DNA of 64,000 bases from Phoronis australis (taxonomy: Eukaryota; Animalia; Phoronida), in assembly GCA_002633005.1 (NCBI GenBank), contig NMRA01000402.1, positions 211,540 to 275,539 on the forward strand. The letters run 5' to 3'. Below the pieces are notes generated by a model. The model saw only the letters and a program-made list of their open reading frames with translations, did no database searches and was not told where the DNA came from. Numbering within the stretch: position 1 is the stretch's first letter; each line of letters starts with the position of its first letter. The position numbers and the translations under genes are program-made. This document shows, one piece after another, positions 36,455 through 48,739 of this stretch.

Positions 36455-39440
36455 ATGTCGGTCGCACGGGCTTGCATAGTGTTGATCGTGTGTTCGTGCG
36501 TGGTCGCGATAAATTCGTTGGCAGGGGACGAGTCAGACGACGCTGCGAGTTTGATGAAAGCATTGATCAGCAAGCTCGAACTGTTGGAATCAAAAGTGTC
36601 CAACATCGAGAAGAGAGACAAGGTAAACTGTCAATTTATTCTCAAAGCCTGGGCTCTGTGCGACCTGAATTTGAATACTTTGTCTTGGCTTAAAAGTGCT
36701 CATTCCGCCTCATCTTATCTTAAATTTGTATATTAACACAAAAGAAGCCAAAACCTATTCAAAAACACTACTTTTTCATTCTGTCTTCATTCTTCAGAAT
36801 GGAGCACAGTTTAATAGAGAGCATCAAAGTTTACAAATAGTAATCAGCACATATTGTGTTACATGTATGTGGAATTTTCTTCCATAAAATTAAATATTCC
36901 TGAATTTTATTTAACTTACAAAATGCTCCTACATGTATTTTAGTGCATCTCAATCTACATTTATGTCCTGAAGTAGTGAACGCAAAGGAAAGAACAGCTA
37001 GCCCTTTGCCATTTATTAATCAAGATAAAATTTCTCCACGTTACTGCAAGTGAAAGGAATAATTTGACTTGCCTTTATTTAAGAGTTACCTGAACACAGT
37101 TCACGAAAAAGGTACAACTAAATTCGTTGGTCTAAATGTAAATTCAAAGTTGTTGAATCCGTGTTTGGTGTTCGTTATATATTGAAATGAACCATGGACT
37201 TTGATACCAGCACAAAAGTCGCAAAGCATCTGTGCCCTTGGACTCTGGAACAGAATTCGCGGGGACATTTGACAATAACCTCAATGCGTTTGGTAAAAAA
37301 TCAAATCTGTGACGACTCGCAAAACCATGCCTAGTTTCAATTCCAAGCAATTCCAAATCACACAAACTGGTACAAAAGGATTCAGCCAGTTTAAGCAAAA
37401 TTACTTGAAGCAGCCTTTTGCTCCGTTTCGCCGAAAATCGAAATGCGATTTTTACTGTCATAAAATCAGTCTCAGTCATAATATATCTTTCTGTGATAGG
37501 ATTCCATTTGCGTTACCAACTCAAATCACAGGCAACGCGTGCGCACGCCGTTTTCAAATTTGCACCTTTAGGGTTGGCCAACTTTATTCAATTGTGAGGC
37601 GCTTTCTTGAGACATTGATGGTTTCGATGTTCTTGGTGAAAAGAATAAAATCCCGATACGGAAGGAAGTGAGAACAATTTTATGACAGTTATATTTAGAA
37701 TTCGATTTTTGCTTTTTGTCAACTAAACAGAACGAAACGCAGCTTTAACAACAGAATAGTTAAACCGCTTTCCTATACCAATGGCCTTATATGCTGTCTT
37801 GAGTATATTATAATCACTTTTCAGAATACTCTCAACGTGCGCAAACGATCTACGGCGGATGATACATGTGAGTGATCATTTATGTTCTCCTGTAGTAATT
37901 ATATCAATTCTAACTACCGTAAATTAAAGAAATCAAACAATTTCCACGTCCAATTCCTTCTACGTGCACACTTCTACGGGGCAGACAACCCAATGCACCT
38001 AGATCTAGTCAACTTACATGTATACGCTTCCCGAGTCAAGAGGCCAATTTTAATCAGTGTAAGTTCACTTGCAAGTTTCCAGTTAGTCAATGTGACGTCA
38101 CCGCCATATTGTTCATGTTTTGCCTCGAGTCTTTGCTACACATGCGAAATCTTACTGGAGCTCTAATGGTGAATTTTACGTTTAACTGTTAACACGATTT
38201 AAGGGATGGTAGATGGATCGTGGAATAACTGTGAATGGGCGAAGAAAATGTGAACTTGTTATGTTGTGAACGGACTGAAATTAGAGCTCGACCCCGTCTA
38301 GTCCTGAATGCCGCAGGCATACAGGCCGATAGTACATGTATATCCTCATAAAAAGTTACTCATTTCAAAATACAGCAAATAAAATCAATTGAAACATCCA
38401 TATGTGCACATGGAGTTATAATTAATATGTACCCTGACTGTGGATACAATTTAGTCTACAAATAACTGGAACATATCCATGAAAACCTCGCGATTCGCTC
38501 GGGTTTCTCTCACCCGGCGCCATTTTGAGGAAGTTACGTCAAATCACGCCTGTTGACGATCAAAATGTCCAAGGGACACAAAACTTACAATTTCACTTGA
38601 TATTTTCCCACGCTATTGTGCAAGTGTCACGCGCCAGGTCACGCGCTTCGCTCAGTCTCGCGCTAGCCTTTGCCTCCATCTGACTCAGTTGAAATACTTT
38701 GTGGTTATTGCTCGCGCGGTCTAACTAAACAGTAACCAAAAAGTGGACTTGGAATTCTTCGCCAAAGTCACCTGAATTCCCGTAGCTATGCTTCATCAAT
38801 GATATGGTTAGAAGCAGAAAGGGTTACTGGAGAAAGTAAGTGCCTTTTTAGTTGTAGAATGTATTTTTGACGAGGTGAAACTTAATCAGTGAGCGGATTT
38901 CGCCTATCGCGGAACGAAATTAGTATAGAACGCGATGGAACGTATTGTAGTGCGAATCTGAAATTCACAACAGCAATGCTTGTTTGGCAATTTTCACACT
39001 AAAAGATTAAAAACTCGAAGCAAACAACAGAATACACTCTGCTACCGTATCGGGCAAATAGCCAAACGACAAGTTTTTGCCCCACTTTCGGTGACGTCAC
39101 AGTTAAGTTTCGCATAATCTCGCGTTATTGTTATTAACTCCCAAAAGGACTATTGAGGCTGTTTTATAACGGTGGATGGCCTGAGTCAAAAGCTAGCTTT
39201 TCGACCGACAGGAGGGGGTGCATACAAGCTTCTAATTTCCATTGCCATTGATGGCATTTGCGTGTGCCTGGGCGGAAAAGATTACCCATTACATACGGTT
39301 TCGTCAGTCTACCACCTCTACCATTACCGTTACCACTTCTGCCACTACTACTGCTGCTGTTGTTACTGTTACTACTACTACTACTACAACTACCACCACT
39401 ACTATTACCACTACCACTACTACTGATACTACTACTACTG

Positions 39441-39496
<56 letters not shown>

Positions 39497-39842
39497 GCTA
39501 GCATTACTACTACTACTACCAGTAGTAGAAGTAGTAGTAGCAGCAGCAGTAGTAGTAGCAGCAGCAGCAGCAGCAGTAGTAGTAGCAGTAGTAGTAGTAG
39601 TAGTAGTAACAGTAGTAGTAGTACTACTACTACCAGCAGTAGTACTACTACCACTACTACTACTACTACTACTGTTACTACTACTGCTACTACTACTGCT
39701 GCTTCCACCACTACCACCACCACTACTACTGTTACTACAACTACTGCTACTACTACTACCACTACTACAACTACTGCTGCTGCTACTACTACTGCTGCTG
39801 CTACTACTACTGCTGCCGCTACTACTGCTGCTGCTGCTGATG

Positions 39843-39873
<31 letters not shown>

Positions 39874-42798
39874 ACCGAACCACAAAAACAAGAAGGCGTC
39901 AACTCAATTTCATGAACTTCACTGAGAAATTTGTAGGTGCTGCACTTGTGAGTTACTGGGAGCAGCGTAACGCGACCTGTGGAAACTGTGAATGTCCTCC
40001 CGGCCAAGACGGAAAAGATGGCACTGACGGAGCGATGGGACCGCCCGGACCACCGGGACCAGGGATGTCTGCCGAAGATTTAGAGCTTGTGATGAAACGT
40101 GTACTGAACTACACCAACACAGGTAATTATTAAGTACTGCGACAACAAACAATGCTGAACCAGGACTGTTGATATATGTATAGTCACGCGAAAGCCTCTG
40201 CCATAAAAATACATTTTGCTCGTGCTTAAAAAGTGGATATCTTATAAAAGTACGAAATAATGATAACAGCTGATAACAACAATAAAAGCGTTGGTATTAA
40301 AGTAGTGATTAAATCAAGTCCCAACGTTTCGAAACCACAAATGGTCTTTGTCTAAAGGTGTGTAAACTTGCTGGAAACAAGTTGAACAATTTGAAAAAGT
40401 TCTCTGTACATGTAGTTTGAATATGGGCTATTTGTGTGAACTTGACTCAACTTGTTTTCAGCAGCCTTGCACATCTTATGCCTAAGAGTGGGAGCTAGTT
40501 GTAACTTTTATATTGATGCACGTCTTCTTACGGCTCATTTTAGAAAAGAACATTGGGCTTTCAGAAAGTCCAGGGAATCAGATTTCACACTTATGACTTG
40601 TAAGTTATGTTATGGGGTGACAGTATCAGCTACGGTAGTCGAGAATTACGGCGCAGTTTGTTTGTTCTAGCATTTGCCAGTTAAAACTAGCGAATCGAAA
40701 TCACTAACCTAATGTCCTCACTACAGTTGCAGGGGTACCCGATTCGTTCAAAGACTTCTTTGTCGATCTCAACCAGACTGGCTCCATTTATGTGCGCTGG
40801 GGCAGAACAGTATGCTCAGATTATTCACAGCTTCTTTACGACGGTAAGTAAAACCACGTGACCAGATCCCGGTGTGTAATTATTGTACTAGAAATCGAAG
40901 TAAACATCATTTTTGTCATTTCGTTTGTACTCTTGTGAGGAATCAAGATCACTCTGTACAACACGGCATACGGTAGTGGTAAAACTAGAGGTAAGTAGGC
41001 GCCCAAAGCCCACCGTATCATCTTGATAACTGAACGTAACTTACGTTGTGTAGGCGCTACTTTCAAATGCCAAAATGTGGTTGGCTGCGACTACGTGCGC
41101 CTACGCCCCACTACAGCACTGACGCCATACACTACATAGCTTGAACTTGGTGATCCTGGCATACGTTCGAGTTTTTACGTGCAATCTCGAGTTTTTACTT
41201 GAGCTTGTAGCTCGAATGCAATGGTCATCAACTGCCATCTTGGACTATACATTCATTAGCACATTCCATGACATACTCAAGATTTTCAAAATAGAAAATT
41301 GTCCTGACTTCGTGTTAAAATTTTGAGAACTATTTCACATGCAATGGTAAGATTCTGTGCCAGTTTGCATTAAAAGGCACCAAATTGGAATTCCCTAAAT
41401 CTGCTGCATACCTCTGGACTTGTGAAACCATCGATTGGGCTTTCTTGGGCTGTGTAAGTTTCACTACTTAGTCAACTTTCTCAATATCATCAAAAATATA
41501 TAGGGATCTCTCCATCCAACGCCTCTTACTTAAGGGCTAATTCCTTTTTATTTTCATAGAATTTAGTGGTCAGTGTTTAGTTATATTATTAGAAAATGGC
41601 TTTAGTCAAAGACGAGCTCATAATAACGGTTACATCTGTGAGTTAACAAAGGCACAAACAGACAAAAGATTTAGGGATCTTAGCTGAGTCCCTATTGGAC
41701 TGTGTCATGCAACCCGGCACTGGGCCCCGAGCTTAAAGACCAACAAGAACAACTTAGTGGTGAGAGAAATTTACGCTTGTAAATAAACCGTTCACAAAAA
41801 TGTAGGATGTCAAATCTTCCGCCAAATAGTGTAAAGTAATATCAGTAATTTGTGCCATTTTTAATCTTCCCTTTGCATCGACTTACGTGAGCATGTCTTT
41901 TTTAATAAGTCAGTTGGCTTCACGGCTTATTCTGAAGGTTATGTGCGCAACATAGCCTCGATATTCAGACCGGCTCGTACCGTGATATTGAGCGAGAAAA
42001 CAGAGAGACGCAGAAACTGGGGGGAGTTATTTAGCTCAGTGGGCAAAATGGGCAGCGCACCATAGGGGGCTGGGGGGCTATAGTCCCTCCAACCTCACAT
42101 TTTTCAGTGCTGCGCCACCCATGGACTATGGGCGGTGCACCACAGGGGGCTGGGGGGTTGCGCTGCCCGTGGGAAAGAGCCAAATGCATGTGAGAGGGGC
42201 GTAAATACAAGATTGGGGCAAAAACAGATACACGCAGATAACTGTGTTTTGGTTTATGTTTCTTTGGTAAAATGTAAAATTGGTAAAATTATTCTGAACA
42301 GGCTATGTGGCTGGAGCGCACTACACTCACGTAGGCGGGGGAGCCGAGAAAATCTGTTTGCCGAGAGATCCTCAGTACGGGAATAAAAAGGAAGGTTTCC
42401 AATCGGCGGGTTATATTTACGGGACGGAATACGAAGTTTCGCCCTACAATCCATTTTCCAACAAAAACACGGGAGGAAAGGCACTCCACGACGCCAACGC
42501 CCATTGTGCCGTCTGTCTTGCGCCGGCTCGACCAACTCAACTTATGATCCCTGGCCATTCCACGTGCCCGAAAGGTTGGATACAAGAATACCATGGTTAC
42601 CTGATGTCGGAGAGACACAATCACAAAAGAAGCAGCTACGACTGCGTGGATATTGCTCCAGAGGTGAAAGAAGCTGGAAATATCGCTAACCAGAATGGGG
42701 CTCTATGGTACGTCGTTGAAACTGAATGCGGTGGTGTACTGCCATGCCCACCTTTCGTGAAGGGCGCTGAACTCACGTGCACAGTGTGCACTAAGTGA
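36455..42798 (+). CDS. Short-chain collagen C4 / spongin-related secreted protein, paralogue 1 (336 aa)
   Basis: Exons 36455-36622 (signal peptide + coiled-coil), 37825-37867 (NVRKR dibasic site), 39937-40122 (CGNCECPP then about 7 Gly-X-Y), 40727-40843 (GSIYVRWGRTVC), 42302-42798 (GYVAGAHYTHVGGG..CLP..GYIYGTEYE..CAVC..CPKGW..EYHGYLM..CTVCTK*). Phases 0/1/1/1 are consistent; AATAAA at 42836. Confidence 0.9.
39310..39873. repeat. Compound trinucleotide microsatellite (ACT/GCT)n-(AGT/AGC)n-(ACT/GCT)n in intron 2 of collagen paralogue 1
   Basis: Directly visible; central block 39521-39622 is in inverted orientation. Confidence 0.95.
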
Positions 42799-43114
42799 GT
42801 GCCTTGAAATTCCTGTATCATAAACGTGAGGCTCTAATAAAAACAAGTGTCATAACCAAGCGATACATTACGATCACTGACATAGTTCCTAAGATGCAGA
42901 CCATGCAAATTATCAGCGAAATTAAAAACATATTGAGCTCCACATCGGCTGGTCAAAACTGGTCAACTTCAAAGCAATAAAGAATATTAATCGTCACAAA
43001 TAACAACCTGGCCACAGCATTACCAACTGCATTGAAAACAAAATGCGTTAACTTACCACATTCCATTACTAAATTTTGTGTGACCTTCATCAATCAAATT
43101 CAAGGTACCTAAAC

Positions 43115-43290
43115 TACACGGTCAACGGACTCATAAACACGACTCACGGACCTGCAAACACCGTCCACTGACTCACAAACACGGGAACGGACTCACAAAA
43201 CACGATCCACGCACACAAATACACGGGACAGAGACTCGTATTCACGAGGAAACACGGTTAACGGACCGCCAAACACGGGTCACGGACAAA
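43115..43290 (+). repeat. ~22-bp minisatellite (AACACG....ACGGACTCACA-like), about 8 units
   Basis: Directly visible degenerate tandem units. Confidence 0.75.
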
Positions 43291-43439
43291 ATGAAAATGT
43301 CAGCTGACCCAGGAAGCCGATGAAACATTTCTAAATTTCGTTGCAACTCCTTCATTTCGAACAGGTTTTAACCTTGGTTCTTGAAGGGTGGCGTATTTGT
43401 ACAGAGCGCGCGACATTCCACAGAATAAATGCACACCAC

Positions 43440-43790
43440 CTCTGAAAAAGGGTTGACGCAAAATAGTGTTTGCGAAATTTGCAACCGCTCAGAAATTGAA
43501 GACGAAATACATTTATTACTTAACTGCCCCGTGCTTGACGACATTAGAATGAATTTTTACCAAAAATATCCAGAAAACGCCAAATTCTTATTCAAAACAA
43601 ACTCTGGCAATCTTTTGAAAAGACTATCCTTATTTATATTAAAGGCTTATGATATTAGACAGGAAACTGTAACAATGTAGTGTGTAAATATGTATATATG
43701 TATTGAATATCTGGTCATGAAATTGCCATCTATGCCAAATACTGAAATGTAATATGTACAAATGAGCTTTGTTCCAAGTACAAATAAACA
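43440..43790 (+). mobile_element. 3' fragment of a related LINE
   Basis: VCEICNRSEIEDEIHLLLNCPVLDDIR CCHC motif followed by an AT-rich tail with AATAAAC. Confidence 0.7.
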
Positions 43791-44547
43791 ATCTCTCTAT
43801 TTCTGTGGAGCCCGTGGCCACCGACTAAATATAACAACCGTCACCTAATGTCCGCTGGATGGCTGGCGATGCCCTAGCCGTGATTTTCACAGCAAAACAA
43901 CTACAATTGCTTACTAGTCACTAAGTAAACATGAAATAAGAATATCACGTGAAAGTTAACCTTGCGCTGGATGCAAAACCAAAATTGTTGGCACGAATTC
44001 CACATTTGGAAGATTCTCTTGCCAAAACACAGTGCCAAGAGGAGTTGGATTTCAAGACTACGCGAACTAGTGGAGTTTCTCGGCTTCCGATCATGAAACT
44101 ACCCGAAGTAGAGAATTTCTGTTACTTACGTTTCCCGAGTTTTGTTTTAGCAATGTTGGCTGCAGTGAATAATAGTTCTGTGCACGATTAAATTTGTTTG
44201 GGTGAATAGAGCGTTATGTCTGAAGAGATAAACTGCTTTCCTAGGGTTCTCTTCTCCCTACTGGTTAAGGACTGGACATCTACATTCAAAATCCAGACCA
44301 ATGCAATACCAGGGTAATCTGGATACCCGAGAAAATACCAGATAATGAAATCTCGCGTTTCTGTTGCTTTACCATGCAAAGTGATATCAAGAAGTTGAAA
44401 TACTTATCAGAGACAATAAATGACAAGGCAAAATATCCACTTGAGTTGGTGGAATGGCCCTCACCAACTCTTTCTATAGGACAGCCCCGGGGTTAACAGT
44501 GTTAGAATTCTTTTTTGAAAACACGACTAAACGTTTTGTTTCAAAGC

Positions 44548-45189
44548 TTGACCATATTAATTAGACAGCGGATATTTGGTCTGAGTGCGGGTGTATGCCT
44601 CTATTCGGAGTGATGCATCGATGCCATGCTATATTAAACAAAGTTCACCTCTTGCACACGTGTAACATTACTGCAGCTAACAGAAAACAGAAAGCGTTGT
44701 CTTGGAGGACATTTTTTGCCATCTTATTAACTTTTCCTCCTATCCCCTATTTTCCCACGCCTAGGGGAAAGGATTTGAAGGAAAGCACTTATCTTTTTAT
44801 TTTTCTTGGTATGCCCTCTGGAGCCTTAGAATGGCTGAATTATATGTAAAATAGACAAAACTATTACAGAGTTTCCGATAACCTGCTCCTTGTAATATCA
44901 CCCTGCGTGTAATCATAGATTACAGACAACAAATTCGCAACTCCGACATTTTCTTGCAGACTATCCTAGAGGAGGCGCCACTATCCTAAATTATCTGTTT
45001 CAGTTTCCGGTTAGTGTATTGTGACGACAAAACGGCCGACCATGATAAGAAGACGACGTACTTGCCGGAAATAAAACCAGATAATTTGGCCAGGTGTCAC
45101 TAGTGAACAATGACATCATTGCTTCTGTAAGAGCCCAGATTTCGTCCATTGAAAGTATACGGATTCGGCGGTCCATGTACTATAGTCTA
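44548..45189 (+). mobile_element. ~630-bp interspersed repeat, copy 2; short T(A)GACYATA-like TIR; flanked by 131-bp direct duplication
   Basis: Homologous to 33183-33807; ends TTGACCATA.../...TATAGTCTA; flanks 44420-44550 and 45189-45319 are direct repeats. Confidence 0.8.
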
Positions 45190-45879
45190 TGACAAGGCAA
45201 AAGTACCCACTTGAGTTGGTGGATTGACACTCACCAACTCTTTCTACGGGACAGCCCCGGGTTTACAGTTTTAGAAATCTTCGTTGAAAACACGATTTAA
45301 CGTTTTGTTTGAAAGCTTGTGTCGGAATAATATCCTTTCTTCAGGTGTGCAGCTATGTAGCAAAACACCGAGAGACATAACAAACAAATAGATTAAAACA
45401 TTATCTCTATTTCGAGATTGCATGTCTCATTATCAGAAAATAAAACGAACACATACGTAGCGAAATGTACAGTGAAATACACGTCACAGAGGGAAGAGGG
45501 ATACAAGGAGAAGGTGTAAATGCAACACAGTGGGAAGCCCACAACCCTATCGAAACAGAGCCAGCGTGCGGTATACACCTGTGACCTGCTCATTCACATT
45601 GATAGTAAAACAACAAATTGCCTATCAGAAAGTCTAGATCGAATAGTTGAACAGATTGCTCGTGGTTACATAGAAAGTGCAACAGATGGCGTCACAAATC
45701 TGTATAAACAAACTGCTACATCGATGGCAATGTTTAAAACATAAACGTTTTTATGCTAAACGGCAGTAAGAACAACCCCCTTGGTGCCACAATGAAGTAC
45801 AAACTGTAAAAAAAAATTTAAAAAATCACTTTGAATATTTTTCGGAGAGACTTCTTCCCTGGAAAATTGGCAGTATACG

Positions 45880-47764
45880 AAGAAAATAAGAAATAATTTC
45901 GCATGTTTTACAAAGAAAAAGAAAAGGAGCATTAATCGAAGTTGGCAGAAAATATTTTGGAATAATAGAAATAATCCAAAGCAATTCTGGGCTATGGTAA
46001 AATCACATTTTAATAGTAGTCCGAAGGAAGCTTTGATAACTCCAGAACGGGGTACGTGTATTTTAATTCGTTGCTCAATGAACGAATGGAACCGAGCGAC
46101 ATTATGTCAAATGGGGTCGTAAGACAACAAGAAAATCATGACAATTATTGTGATGCTTGTGACAAAAATTTACCCAGTGATATGAACACTTGTTTCTCAT
46201 GTGAGGAAATTGACTGCGCTGTAATGTATCTCCCAAACGGCAAAGCAGCGGGCATTGATCGTGTTTTGTTTGATATGTTGATGAGTACCAGCTTAGCTGT
46301 TGTTCCTTTATTGCCACTGCTTTTCAATGGAATTCTCGCCGCAGCTCACTACCCACAGGGCTGGTGTGACACGATAATTGAGCCCAAATTTAAACAGGGT
46401 AACACTGAAGAGGATAACAATTATAAAGGTATCTCATTGTTGTCAGCAGTACGAAAGCTATTCACCAATCTTTTGAATAACTGGCTTAGCACCTGGACTG
46501 AGTCACGTGACGAACTTCGTGAATCACAGGCGGAATTCCGCAAGGGCTATTGCACCCAGGACGAAAGGTTTACGCTTCAGGCCATGTGCCAAAGTATATC
46601 ACTAAGCCCGGGGTGTAGTTTTTATTGCGATTTTATTGTCTTCTCGAAGGCTTTTGACAGAGTTCCTCACATGCTACTCTGGTATAGATTACAAAAATTG
46701 GTGTCCATGGAGACGTATTTCAAGTCCTGAAATCCGTGTACAACAAATTACGTTCATGTGTAAGGACTCCAGAAGGGTTAATTGATTTTTTGACTGTTCT
46801 GTCGGCACCGGACAAGAGTGTATGATCAGCCCACTATTGTTTATCATGTAACAGAACGAATTTATCGAAGTCCTAGACAATGCCCAAAACATGAGAGGGA
46901 TTTATATCAATGAAGAGGCACAAAAAATATGAATGACTTGAAAATGTGTAAGTTAAATTCTGTAAAATTGCTCTTGGAGTTGGAAACTCTAGCTTGCTCA
47001 AACGTATTGGGTGAATGTGGAATTTATCCGCTCTATGCAAAGTACTATGTCACGTGTAAAATATTGGATAAAGTTGTGGAAAATGCCACGTACTAGATAC
47101 GCTAAAGCAGCTTATGACATGTTAGCTAATTTAGATCGGAATGGGAGAAATACTTTGGTATATTCTGTTAGACAATTGCTATCAAAATACGGTTTTTACG
47201 AAATTTGGTTGAATCAAGGTGTCACGTGCGAAGTCTCGTTTTAAGTATTTTCGCGCAAAGAGTTAATGACTGCTATGAGCAATGTTGGCGATCAGAAATT
47301 GATTATAATGTAAAACTTGAATACTCATTGTAACTGTAAGACCCTGTACTGGTTTGAACCATAACTTAAGTTACCCCTACATAATAGTCTTATTCAAGAG
47401 TTTACTCGGTTACGTTGCTCCAAGCATACGTGTAGACTACAAGTGGAAGTGGGTAGTCGCGAGAAAGTGGAATATTATAATAGATTATGTTTGATTTCCA
47501 ATGATGGTCTTGTAGAGGATGAATATCACTTCTTGTTGATTTGCAAGGGCTATTGTGAATTTAGGTCACGTTTCATGAAAGAAGTTCAATGGAGACACTC
47601 AACTCAAGAATCCTGTATGCGCGTGCTAACTAATCCTGTTGATAATTATGTGTATCCTGCCCTAAAAAGAAGAGAACAACCCTTAAATGGGTTGACTGCG
47701 TTTTGTAAATGTGCCTGTTTTTGTTCATTGTACTTTGGGCCAGAGGCGTTTAATACAAATAAAC
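45880..47764 (+). mobile_element. Degraded non-LTR retrotransposon (RTEX/CR1-L2-like) RT plus C-terminal zinc knuckle
   Basis: KAAGID, YPQGW, NNYKGISLLSAVRKLF, QAEFRKG, FSKAFDRVPH, GTGQECMISPLLF, RLC....VEDEYHFLLIC; stops and frameshifts; 3' AATAAAC. Confidence 0.85.
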
Positions 47765-47977
47765 GTATGAAAAAACAACAATATCAATTGCGCGATTATG
47801 ATATGATGCTCCGAGGTTAGCCAAATGATGTTCCGAAGTAAGCCAAACTTGGACAGATGTCCAGGATTCTACATAGCATTAATAAAACCATAGTTCATAT
47901 ATAAAAACTTACAGTGGTTAGAATACCTGCTAGTGGAATTGTTGTAATCCCATACATATACGCACACTCACGCCCCC

Positions 47978-47981
47978 CACA

Positions 47982-48011
<30 letters not shown>
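47978..48011 (+). repeat. (CACG)n microsatellite
   Basis: Directly visible. Confidence 0.9.
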
Positions 48012-48013
<2 letters not shown>

Positions 48014-48487
48014 GTATGTTTACAAGAATACAAAAGTACTAAAGTAGTTGTTTTGCACAGTTATCGAGATGAGCTAACTTGCGCACATGAAGAGTATTGA
48101 ACACCACCGACGGGGTCTTACCCCTTTCTTTCTCGTATGTCAGAAAGTCTTACATAATAAGTAGCCATAATCCGATCCCGTTCAGCAAGCTCCGTCCAGC
48201 CTCCCGTTCAGTAACGCTCGGACTGCTCTAAAAAGCAATACTTCGCGAGATTACGTGAAACATTGCCGTGTATTTTAAGTGAAAGCACTTGACTTTGACT
48301 AGCTTTTAGCAAGGTCCTAGCGAAGGTCCTAACGTTACTGAACGTAAGCAAGGCAACACAGCGTGGGCAGATATCATCGGTTGCCCACAACCTTTCTTAG
48401 AAACTCTAGTTTCTAAACAGTTACCATGCACTGCTCCCAACATATGTAAGCTACGATCATTTTTTGAAAACAAAACCTATTATACGG

Positions 48488-48739
48488 AAAATGTGACCTT
48501 TGACTTCAAGCGATTTAAACCAACTGGCTGTAAGCACAAACGTGCATTTATCATAAGTGGGAGGGAGTTTAGAAACAATGTGGTAACCACAGTTTAAAAA
48601 TCGTGAATTTTATGATTTTTTTTCCTGGAAATTTGCTCACAAGAGACAGTAAATTACTGTGTATTAGACGTTGCGAGATGGTAATTTCGTCAAGATTTTT
48701 AAAATACATGTTTGACGAGCTTTCGCGTTCCATGCCTCT
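48488..48739 (+). mobile_element. Kolobok-like MITE, 3' part
   Basis: Matches about 22940-23217; ends GCGTTCCATGCCTCT|TTAA. Confidence 0.65.

Noticed and set aside
39164-40133. Long poly-Ser/Thr, poly-Leu and poly-Val ORFs (up to 291 aa) suggesting a mucin or membrane protein
   Set aside because: Artefacts of the trinucleotide microsatellite; only 39937-40122 is a real exon, and paralogue 2 has no equivalent.
42796-42807. Selenocysteine or stop-codon read-through at the conserved TGA of the collagen genes
   Set aside because: A second in-frame TGA follows two codons later, the domain ends naturally at CTVCTK, and no SECIS was recognised.
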